From assembly GCA_048941265.1 (NCBI GenBank), contig JBHLNT010000051.1, forward strand, positions 1 through 25,813: a stretch of DNA of 25,813 nt, read 5' to 3'. Position 1 is the first letter of the stretch. Each line of letters starts with the position of its first letter. The notes beneath the pieces were generated by a model. That model did no database searches, had not been told where the DNA came from, and saw only the letters and a list, made by a program, of their open reading frames with translations. This document shows positions 7,372-15,754 of this stretch, in pieces. The position numbers and the translations under genes were made by a program. This DNA comes from Promethearchaeota archaeon. Its GTDB lineage: Archaea > Asgardarchaeota > Lokiarchaeia > Sigyniarchaeales > SOKP01.

Positions 7372-8145
7372 TTATATTTTTTTGACTATTTTGGTATCAA
7401 TTTCATGAACTTGAAACTCTTTCTCAATAAGTTTCTCAATCTTATGTTTGACCCTTAACAACTGAAAATCGTCATAGATGTAATCAGTTACGAATTTAGA
7501 TTTTATTGTTATAGTTATTAGTTTGTCACTTTCTTCTTTGGTAATTTCTAAAGCATGTAAAACCTTGCTTAATTCTTCCACTCTCTGCACTCTTTCTTTT
7601 TCTCGACGTTTTAAGTCAATCTCATCCACTTTTTCAAGTTTCCCGCCTTTTGTGAAAAATTCTATGAGACCTTTCATCATTTCTTCTCTTAATCTTGGAG
7701 TATCCCATTCAGAGGGGAATTTCTCGATATTCCCTAATTCCGTTTGTTCATCCAAGTAAGGTTCTTTCGCACTCAATGCTTCCAAAGCTCTTGCGGCAGC
7801 AGTATAGGCAGTAAGCATATTCCCTTTTGGTTTCGCGTAAACGATAACTTTTCTTTCATCATCTTTCGCCCCTAAAATGTGCCCTTTTCCTTTAATTGAG
7901 GTTGCTACTAATCTTTCTGGTGTCGCTTGGAGAATAGAATATTTATTTTCAGAAACAGTTAGAGATTTTCCATGCATCGATTCCCAAATTCCAATTAGTT
8001 TGCGAATATCTCCACTAATATCCCAATCTTCCGTTGAATATACTATTTTATATTTACCTTCTATAATTGCTACAGATTGAATATCTGTTTCAGTTTTTAA
8101 ATCTTTAACGGCTTGTTCGTAATCTATTGTCATTTCTTTTTTCAC
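7372..8145 (-). CDS. Profilin-like domain protein with ~130-aa C-terminal extension
   Basis: Residues ~5-125 (SVAIIEG..KIVYSTEDWDISGDIRKL...SLTVSENKYSILQATPERLVATSIKGKGHILGA..VIVYAKP) follow the pattern I recall for Loki/Asgard profilins (IAII...I..TENWNI..D...SL.I.G.KY.I...T.ER....N..GKGH). The start is GTG 8145 or ATG 8133. Confidence 0.75.
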   Translation of the reverse strand: MKKEMTIDYEQAVKDLKTETDIQSVAIIEGKYKIVYSTEDWDISGDIRKLIGIWESMHGKSLTVSENKYSILQATPERLVATSIKGKGHILGAKDDERKVIVYAKPKGNMLTAYTAAARALEALSAKEPYLDEQTELGNIEKFPSEWDTPRLREEMMKGLIEFFTKGGKLEKVDEIDLKRREKERVQRVEELSKVLHALEITKEESDKLITITIKSKFVTDYIYDDFQLLRVKHKIEKLIEKEFQVHEIDTKIVKKI

Positions 8146-8257
8146 TATCGATATGTTGTTAATATAATTAAAATCGTGGGTTATTAAAATTTGTAATCTT
8201 TTTCTATTTTTATTTAATTATATAAAATTTATAGAAATTCGAGTATTTAATATTATA

Positions 8258-9040
8258 ATGAAGAATGTTGATCTTAAATGGGATGCAAAATTTTATCAAA
8301 AACACTCACCAGTTCAATATGAGCTGGGGCTACAGACACTCGAAAAATTACATCCTAGAAATAATGAGGAAATTTTAGAAATCGGATGTGGAAATGGTGT
8401 CCTCACCTCCTTACTCGCAAAAAGAGTACCGTACGGGAAAATTGTTGCACTGGAATCCTCTAAAGAAATGGCCCAACAAGCACAAGAAAATCTTAAAAAT
8501 CACGGGATTAGTAATGTTAAAGTGGTTTATACAGATGCGATCAAAATGAATTATGAAAACCAATTTGATGCTGTATTTTCTAATAGTACAATTCATTGGA
8601 TAAGAAAACAAGAAATACTTTATGAGTTAATCTACAAATCTCTTAAAAATGATGGGAGAATCATGATTCAGACGGGTTTAAAGAAGATTTCAGCATACTC
8701 CCAAGCGTTAATCAACGTCGGTATTGAATTTAAGGACCAATTAAAAAATTTTAAACCTCCATGGCGTTTCCTTACTAAGAAAGAAACTGAAAAAATACTC
8801 ATTGAGGCTAAATTTAAGGAAATTTCTGTAGAAGTCTATCCTTACATTGTAGAATTTGAAAGTGATACAGATTTGATTAATTATTTTAAAGCTGCCGGTT
8901 TTGTTCCCTTTGCGGCTGTATTGCCTAAATCCCATCATGATGAATTTATTCAAAGATATAAAACATTACTTTTTGAAATAAACCAACCTAATCCATTACA
9001 GCTTAAATTGGATAGACTGTTTATCAGTGCTAAAAAATAA
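8258..9040 (+). CDS. Class I SAM-dependent methyltransferase (trans-aconitate methyltransferase-like)
   Basis: WDAKFYQKHSPVQ, motif I ILEIGCGNG, FDAVFSNSTIHWI and LKNDGRI. Confidence 0.88.
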   Translation: MKNVDLKWDAKFYQKHSPVQYELGLQTLEKLHPRNNEEILEIGCGNGVLTSLLAKRVPYGKIVALESSKEMAQQAQENLKNHGISNVKVVYTDAIKMNYENQFDAVFSNSTIHWIRKQEILYELIYKSLKNDGRIMIQTGLKKISAYSQALINVGIEFKDQLKNFKPPWRFLTKKETEKILIEAKFKEISVEVYPYIVEFESDTDLINYFKAAGFVPFAAVLPKSHHDEFIQRYKTLLFEINQPNPLQLKLDRLFISAKK

Positions 9041-9146
9041 AATCCTTAATTTTCTTTTTCCTTAAATTTTTAAATTCTGGCTTTATGGTTTTAATAGAGC
9101 ATTAATTAATTTGTTAAATTCATATAAAGGTAGTCAAGAATAAAAA

Positions 9147-9923
9147 TTGATTGAGAGAGTAAAGCACATCCTTAGAAAAGTAGAATTTAAAAATAAAAAG
9201 TCGTCATCCGAAGAAGATCACATACATTTAAGTGAAGAACAAATTCAAATGATTGCCGAATATGCAGTGGCGAAGCTTACTGAAAAACTAGGAAAAGAAA
9301 AATCCTCAACTAATGGTATAAAAGGTACTCATGATATTATTAGCTCCGATATATTAGAACCTAAGAGAAAGGTTATAGAGCAAAAAGAATTTTCTACGGG
9401 TGTTCGAATTGGAGGTATTATTCTCTTAGGAATGTGCATTTGGTATTGGATATGGTTTTTCTTTATTGTACAGCAGCTCGAACCTTTAACGTATTCGGTA
9501 TATATTACAATGATCTTAGTTGCCTTAACGCTTATTAATAAATTTGAGTCTGTATTGCTTAACTCTATTACAAGTATTACTGTATACGGATTCATTATGA
9601 TAGCAATTGGTTCTATTCGAGTAGCAACAGATATTTATAGTTTTTATACCGGACCAATCTTATACGGGCTTATTGGGGGGTTCCAATTATTTATTGTTTT
9701 ACATCGAAAAATCGCGGTCTCTAAACGATATATGTTCTGGGGGTTTCTTTTTTATCTGTTATTTATAAGTAGCTTTGAGTCTTTTACTCATGTAAATGTG
9801 ATAATTGGTACAGAAGAAATATTTCCTGAACTGGTAACCGCAGTTTTGTCTTTTTACATTCTGGGCTTAACTTTTATTGTGATTTATTTTTATAAAAAGA
9901 GATTTGGGATCTTACTTCCATAA
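9147..9923 (+). CDS. Multi-pass (~6 TM) membrane protein of unknown function, paralog of 11283..12065
   Basis: Soluble N-terminus followed by hydrophobic segments. Shares LEP.RKV.E.KE.S.GVR..GI.LLGMC..YWI.FFFIV, INKFES..LNS, GPIL.G, SKRY and YFYKKR...LLP with 11283..12065. TTG start, uncertain. Confidence 0.8.
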   Translation: MIERVKHILRKVEFKNKKSSSEEDHIHLSEEQIQMIAEYAVAKLTEKLGKEKSSTNGIKGTHDIISSDILEPKRKVIEQKEFSTGVRIGGIILLGMCIWYWIWFFFIVQQLEPLTYSVYITMILVALTLINKFESVLLNSITSITVYGFIMIAIGSIRVATDIYSFYTGPILYGLIGGFQLFIVLHRKIAVSKRYMFWGFLFYLLFISSFESFTHVNVIIGTEEIFPELVTAVLSFYILGLTFIVIYFYKKRFGILLP

Positions 9924-10023
9924 TATATTAAACAAAATTTTTTTAGAGAGACTATATTTAATAAAATCAAAAAATCCTAACTAATTTCGTCTATAGGCTT
10001 TCATTTAATAATTATCGAGTTGC

Positions 10024-10758
10024 ATGGAGAGAATCTTATTGAAATCAGAGAGAGTAAAAAAAGTAATTGAGTCAGAAAAATTAAAAAGAGCAATTGAAAG
10101 TTTTCCGATTCCAAAGAAATGGCCAATTAGCGTGGTGTCGGGGCTCTTTGCAATCATAATTTTTTGGAGTTTTGCGTTTATTTCGATGGCATTTTTTCCT
10201 GGAACTTACAATCCTTTTGTAAATTGGATGAGCAATCTAGGAAATTCAAATTTAAATCCTGAAGGAGCTATCTATTTTAATGTTGGGATTATAGCCGCTG
10301 GAATTGCTCTTTTCCCGTTCTTTATAGGCTTATATGAATGGTATATTGGAGGTAAAAGGAATAAAATACTTACGATGTTAACTCAATTATCAGGACTTTA
10401 TTGCGCATTTGCGATGATAATGTGTGGAGTATTCCCGGAAAACTATTTCCTCATCCACATTTTCTGGTCAATGAGCCTCTTTATTGTGAGTGTATTGACT
10501 TTTCTCTTTCCATCAATCGCTTTATACAAATATAAGTTTACTAGGAATGTGGCAAAATTTGGATTCTTAGCAACAATAGTTAATCTTGTTTTATGGTTTT
10601 TTATAATTCCTATTATGGAATGGGTCACGATTCTCTTATCATTCCTCTTTATTGGTGTTATCGTGCATAGCATGAAAGTACGTATCGAACGTTTGCGAAT
10701 GATACGTAAACAAGGTATAGTTATCTCCTCTAGAAAAAGGAAAAAGAAAAAAATATAA
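10024..10758 (+). CDS. DUF998-like multi-pass membrane protein
   Basis: YNPFVNWMSNLG..NPEGAIYFNVG and GVFPEN...IH pattern, ~6 TM segments, basic C-terminal tail. Confidence 0.7.
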   Translation: MERILLKSERVKKVIESEKLKRAIESFPIPKKWPISVVSGLFAIIIFWSFAFISMAFFPGTYNPFVNWMSNLGNSNLNPEGAIYFNVGIIAAGIALFPFFIGLYEWYIGGKRNKILTMLTQLSGLYCAFAMIMCGVFPENYFLIHIFWSMSLFIVSVLTFLFPSIALYKYKFTRNVAKFGFLATIVNLVLWFFIIPIMEWVTILLSFLFIGVIVHSMKVRIERLRMIRKQGIVISSRKRKKKKI

Positions 10759-10808
10759 AGAATTTAAATAGTTAGGATTCACTGCGATAATACTTTAAAA
10801 ACTACATT

Positions 10809-11018
10809 TTACTTTTTTATTCTCTTGATTAAATAAAAGATTAATCCCATAATCCCTCCAGCAATCGACCAGATAATCGCAACCCACATCCAAAAAAAAA
10901 TATCACCGGGAAGGAAAGGATAACTAACCCATAAAAATACTAAAATAATGACCCATATAGTTCCAATTATCTTTTCTATTTTTTCAAGAACTTTACTTTC
11001 TTCTCCCATTTTATTCAC
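10809..11018 (-). CDS. Small two-TM hypothetical membrane protein
   Basis: 69-codon ORF filling an intergenic gap, with two hydrophobic helices and a basic C-terminus. The start could be the ATG at 11009. Confidence 0.55.
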   Translation of the reverse strand: MNKMGEESKVLEKIEKIIGTIWVIILVFLWVSYPFLPGDIFFWMWVAIIWSIAGGIMGLIFYLIKRIKK

Positions 11019-11282
11019 TTACATTATTCAATGATAATAGCTAAGGAATTTTAATTAAAAAAGATATTGTGAAAGAGAAAGTAGAATATTTCCCTCAAGG
11101 CAAAATAAGAAAAAGAAGTAGTAAATATTTTGATTAAAAAAATGAATCACATTTTGTGGTAAAAAGAATCCAGGATTTGTACAAAACTTACTTAAATTTG
11201 ATAACAAATACATTTAAATATCCTAATTCCTATATTCTTAATAGTATTATTTGTTTTTTTTAATAAGGTTTCTCTTATTCCT

Positions 11283-12065
11283 TTGAAGGGGTTGATGCAA
11301 AAGATAAGCAAAATTTCTAAGGGAATTAAGGAAAATAAAAAGATAGGAGCTATATTATCTCAAGAAGATTCTAGACAATTTCAAATCAGTGATAATGATA
11401 TAGCTATAATAACAGATAAAGTTATTGTTCGAATAAGAGAGGAATTAGAAAAAGCCGAACTATCAAATAATCTTTCGTATAATTATTTAGCTTCCTTAGA
11501 GCCAAGAAGGAAGGTCCTTGAGAGAAAGGAATATTCAATAGGAGTGAGAACATTTGGAATAGGTTTGCTTGGCATGTGTGTAGCTTATTGGATTTATTTC
11601 TTTTTTATAGTTCACGATTTTGTTCCCTTAACTCATACAACCTATTTGACACTAATTTTGATATCTTTAACCTGTATTAATAAATTTGAATCGGCGGTGT
11701 TAAATTCATTTGTTTCTGTCTCATCTATCGGATTTTTATTGATTTCTTTGTTTTTGATTAACGCATCATATGATATTTATACGTGGATGGGCGGACCTAT
11801 ATTACATGGTGCTATGGCATCATTTCAAATCTATATAGTCTTAAATAAGAAAGTCTATATTAGTAAACGCTATCTTTTAATTGGCTTTCTCTTTTATATA
11901 ATATTCCTTAGCAATTATGATGATTATTCGAGATTAATTCAAATTACAAACATGGAAAAATTTTATACTGTATTAAGTGCGGCAATTCAAATATTCTATA
12001 TATTTATTCTTACTACTATCTTTATTTATTTTTATAAGAAACGCTCTAAAGCATTGTTGCCTTAA
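11283..12065 (+). CDS. Multi-pass (~6 TM) membrane protein of unknown function, paralog of 9147..9923
   Basis: Colinear similarity to 9147..9923 along its whole length. The start may be ATG 11295 instead of TTG 11283. Confidence 0.8.
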   Translation: MKGLMQKISKISKGIKENKKIGAILSQEDSRQFQISDNDIAIITDKVIVRIREELEKAELSNNLSYNYLASLEPRRKVLERKEYSIGVRTFGIGLLGMCVAYWIYFFFIVHDFVPLTHTTYLTLILISLTCINKFESAVLNSFVSVSSIGFLLISLFLINASYDIYTWMGGPILHGAMASFQIYIVLNKKVYISKRYLLIGFLFYIIFLSNYDDYSRLIQITNMEKFYTVLSAAIQIFYIFILTTIFIYFYKKRSKALLP

Positions 12066-12220
12066 AAATTTTAATTTAAAATTTAAAAACTAAAAAACAA
12101 ATTTTAATGGAATTGGATTTTATTTTTTCCAATCTTTTTTTTTTAGAATCGAGTGATTTACTAAAAAACTCCCATTAAAGATAATACTTTTATGTTTCTA
12201 AGATTTAATAAATAATTAAT

Positions 12221-12260
12221 TGAACCATAAATTTTAAAATTGAACCACAAATTTTAAAAT
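12221..12260 (+). repeat. 20-bp tandem direct repeat x2 (TGAACCAYAAATTTTAAAAT) upstream of ppsA
   Basis: 12221-12240 is TGAACCATAAATTTTAAAAT and 12241-12260 is TGAACCACAAATTTTAAAAT. One mismatch, no spacer. Confidence 0.85.
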
Positions 12261-12286
12261 AAAAATTAACTCAATAATGACTTGGA

Positions 12287-15190
12287 ATGAGTGACTATAT
12301 AAAATTTTTCGACGATCTTAGAAAAACAGATGTCCCATTAGTTGGAGGAAAAAATAGTTCCCTTGGAGAACTTCTGAGTTTTGACATTCCAGTACCACTA
12401 GGGTTTGCTATCACGGCTAAGGCTTATGATTATGTGTTAGAAGCTAATGATATTTTGTTTGATGGAGAATTAATTTCATTAAAAGCATATATTGCGCAAC
12501 AAATCACTAGAATATCCGAAGAGTTAAAAAAAGAAGATATTGAGTCGATTGCTGAGGTTGATAAAATATGTGCAAATATTAGAACACATGTTGAGCAGGC
12601 AAAAATCCCAGATAGTTTAGCTGATGAAATATTAGACGCATATCGTAAATTAGTTTCACGGATTGGAGATTCCTCCACATTCGCAATACGATCGTCAGCT
12701 ACAGCAGAAGATCTTCCAGATGCTTCCTTTGCTGGTCAACAAGACACTCATTTGAATATTAGCGGGGAAGATGATGTTTTAGAGTATATTCTTAAAGATA
12801 TGGCTTCTGTGTTTACCACTAGGGCTACAATGTATAGGGAACGAGCGGGATTTGACCACTTTGCCGTTAAGTTGAGTGTAGGCGTTCAGGAAATGGCAGG
12901 AGGGATTGGTGGTGTAAAGGCTTCGGGAGTTATGTTCACTGAGGATCCTGATTCTGGGTCTCCCAATGTTGTATCTATTCGCGGAACATGGGGATTAGGA
13001 GAACTTATTGTTCAAGGCGTAGAGAAAGGGGATGAATTTTTAGTTTTTAAACATGCACCTGAATTAAGAATTATTCGCCGAGAACTGGTTAAAAAGGAAA
13101 AAATGATGATCTTTGATCCCAATAAAAGAGTGGGTACTATTGTAGTTCCCGTTCCCCAAGAGAAACAACAAAAGTTTTGCTTATCTGATGATCAGGTATT
13201 AACTTTAGCAAAACATGCAATAAAGATTAGAAAACATTATGCAGTGCCGATGGATATTGAATGGGCAGTCAGTAATAATAATAAAATCTACATTGTTCAA
13301 GCTAGACCCGAAACTGTTCATTCACAGAAAGGTGATACCGAAGAAATTTTCTATCTTCTTGAGGATCCCAAAAAACTGACAGAAGAGGGTCTGTTAGTAG
13401 AAAATACGGGTACAGCCATAGGGAGAAGGATTGATTACGGTAAAATCAAGGTAATAGAATCAATAAATGATGCTCACTTATTAAGGGAAGGAGATATTTT
13501 AATTACTGAAGAGACTAACCCAGATTGGACCTCTTATATGCAAAATTTAGGGGGGGTTATCACAGAAAGGGGAGGACCCACTTGTCATGCAGCGATTGTG
13601 TCGAGAGAGCTTAATATCGCTTCAATTGTAGGAGCTGACAATATTGTTGAAATAATGAAAGGCAAGCAACGGGATGGTCTTCAAAATGTCACTATAGATT
13701 GCAGCGAAGGTGAACCGAGAATTTGGTTAAAAACTGTTGAGTATGATTCCGACACCATTGAATTCGCTCAACTCCCAATGACAAGGACTCAAGTGTTAGT
13801 TAATTTAGGAATTCCAAAAGGAGCATTGTCTTCAGGTAAATATCCTGATGGAACGGGTCTTGCAAGACTGGAGTTTATAATAAATGATGAAATCCAGATG
13901 CATCCGAATGCGTTAATCGATTATGAAGCCCTACAAATGAGATATGATATTTTGGTGGAGCAAAGAAAGAAAATTGAGAACATTAAAAAAAGTACTCTTT
14001 ATTATAAAGACCCTTTTAATGAAGAAATTAAAAAAATAAAAGAAACATTGACCAAAATAAGAGAATTGACCGTTGGGTATGAAGATAAAGAAGAATTTTA
14101 TATTGATAAATTAGCAGAAGGAATTGCCACGATTGCCGCTGGCGTTTGGAAGGAATTACCTGATGGATCAATAGCTCCATGTGTAGTAAGGCTTTCAGAC
14201 TTCAAAACAAATGAATATCAGAATCTTATAGGTGGGTGGATATATGAGGGAGAAGAAAACAATCCGATGTTGGGTTTTAGGGGGGCCTCAAGGTATGTAT
14301 CCGATGATTTTCAAAATGCGTTCATTTTGGAATTGCGGGCAATAGGCAGAGCCCGAGAGTGGGGATTAATTAACATCATTCCTATGATTCCTTTCTGTAG
14401 ATCCCCTGAAGAGGCTAAAGCTATAGAAGTAATAATGAAATCGGAAAATTTAGTTCGGGGAAAAGATGGGTTACAAATATATTGTATGGCAGAAATCCCC
14501 TCAAATATTATATGTGCTGATATATTTTGTAATTATTTTGATGGATTTTCAATTGGATCTAATGATCTAACCCAATTGGTTTATGGTAGCAGCAGAGATG
14601 AGGCCAAATTGATACCTCTTTCAAAACAATTCAATTATATAACTAATAGTGAAGCGATTAGGCGGTCAGTAACCCATTTAATCAAGGTAGCACATGAAAA
14701 CGGAAAAAAGGTAGGAATATGTGGTCAAGCCCCAAGCGATGATCCCGACTTTCTTAGATTTTTAGTACGAGAAGGAATAGATTCTATATCCTTGAATTTC
14801 GATACCTATGCAAGTGGACGCATCAACACTTGGAGGACCGAAATTATTGAAGCTAAATTACAGGATGAGGAAAGGCATAAAGCTTATGAACTCCTTCATA
14901 ATTGTGATGATTTAATTGATAAAATACGAGTACCTCGTGGAAAGCTGCGTAATATGGTAAGAAAACAGAGGAGTAAAGGCATAGACTCAAAAGTTATGGA
15001 GAATTCAGAGAAATTCAATGAGATTTTTAGCGCGCTTCAGAATGCTTCTTATGAATTTGTAAAGGAATTAGACAGTCAAGATATTTCAAAATTCAATGAT
15101 ATTTACTCGAAATATAACAGTCTTATAACTCAACTCGGAGACACTATTCCGGAAATAAAGAAAAATATCCGTGAATTCGGAATTTATTGA
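12287..15190 (+). CDS. ppsA: Phosphoenolpyruvate synthase (pyruvate, water dikinase) with C-terminal extension
   Basis: GGKNSSLGEL, RSSATAEDLPDASFAGQQDT, DIEW, QARPETVHS, phospho-His GGPTCHAAIVSREL, NPMLGFRGA, DGFSIGSNDLTQ and GICGQAPSD. Confidence 0.95.
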   Translation: MSDYIKFFDDLRKTDVPLVGGKNSSLGELLSFDIPVPLGFAITAKAYDYVLEANDILFDGELISLKAYIAQQITRISEELKKEDIESIAEVDKICANIRTHVEQAKIPDSLADEILDAYRKLVSRIGDSSTFAIRSSATAEDLPDASFAGQQDTHLNISGEDDVLEYILKDMASVFTTRATMYRERAGFDHFAVKLSVGVQEMAGGIGGVKASGVMFTEDPDSGSPNVVSIRGTWGLGELIVQGVEKGDEFLVFKHAPELRIIRRELVKKEKMMIFDPNKRVGTIVVPVPQEKQQKFCLSDDQVLTLAKHAIKIRKHYAVPMDIEWAVSNNNKIYIVQARPETVHSQKGDTEEIFYLLEDPKKLTEEGLLVENTGTAIGRRIDYGKIKVIESINDAHLLREGDILITEETNPDWTSYMQNLGGVITERGGPTCHAAIVSRELNIASIVGADNIVEIMKGKQRDGLQNVTIDCSEGEPRIWLKTVEYDSDTIEFAQLPMTRTQVLVNLGIPKGALSSGKYPDGTGLARLEFIINDEIQMHPNALIDYEALQMRYDILVEQRKKIENIKKSTLYYKDPFNEEIKKIKETLTKIRELTVGYEDKEEFYIDKLAEGIATIAAGVWKELPDGSIAPCVVRLSDFKTNEYQNLIGGWIYEGEENNPMLGFRGASRYVSDDFQNAFILELRAIGRAREWGLINIIPMIPFCRSPEEAKAIEVIMKSENLVRGKDGLQIYCMAEIPSNIICADIFCNYFDGFSIGSNDLTQLVYGSSRDEAKLIPLSKQFNYITNSEAIRRSVTHLIKVAHENGKKVGICGQAPSDDPDFLRFLVREGIDSISLNFDTYASGRINTWRTEIIEAKLQDEERHKAYELLHNCDDLIDKIRVPRGKLRNMVRKQRSKGIDSKVMENSEKFNEIFSALQNASYEFVKELDSQDISKFNDIYSKYNSLITQLGDTIPEIKKNIREFGIY

Positions 15191-15385
15191 GCTGGATTGT
15201 TCTAACATTATATTTTAAAATTAGCATTCGCTATTTTTTTAATATTTTAAGCCTTTACTTTTCCCTGCTCCAAATGGATTCTATAAAATCAAAAAAATTA
15301 AATTGTTTTATTAATTTAAAAATTTAAATTCCTTCGATTATTTCGACTTTAATTCTATTATTCAAAATACTAGTTAGGTGTCTTA

Positions 15386-15667
15386 ATGATGGCAAAAAAA
15401 AAACTTACCGTAGAACAAGAAAAAGCTTTTAAAAATGTAATAATCTTATTGCAGGGTATGTTACAAGACCGCTCTGTTCCTCGAAACATAAAACGAATTG
15501 CTCAGCAAGGAATTAATATAATTAATGAAGGCAATGATTCTCCAGGGATACTTGCATCAAATGTGATGTATTTAGTAGGAGATCTCTCACAAGACCCGAA
15601 CATTCCTTTTCATTCGAGAACAGTTATTTATAGAATCATTTCCCTCTTGGAAACTATTAAAGATTAA
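15386..15667 (+). CDS. UPF0147 family archaeal protein
   Basis: DRSVPRNIKRIA and DPNIPFHSRTVIYRIISLLETI are characteristic of UPF0147. Confidence 0.88.
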   Translation: MMAKKKLTVEQEKAFKNVIILLQGMLQDRSVPRNIKRIAQQGINIINEGNDSPGILASNVMYLVGDLSQDPNIPFHSRTVIYRIISLLETIKD

Positions 15668-15754
15668 TATGAAAAAATAAGATTAAATAAACTTATTAGT
15701 TGATAATACTTTTCATATTAAATGAACGGAATTTCATATATTTTACGTAATTCT

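Noticed and set aside
8258-9040. Methyltransferase as part of the chemotaxis/actin system
   Set aside because: It has generic Tam-like small-molecule methyltransferase motifs. Only adjacency links it to the cluster.
12221-12260. Direct repeat as a CRISPR remnant
   Set aside because: Only two abutting copies, no spacer and no cas genes.
15188-15205. TGA stops (ppsA; also 22259 and 22910) as selenocysteine read-through
   Set aside because: In-frame stops follow within a few codons, and none of these proteins belongs to a selenoprotein family.
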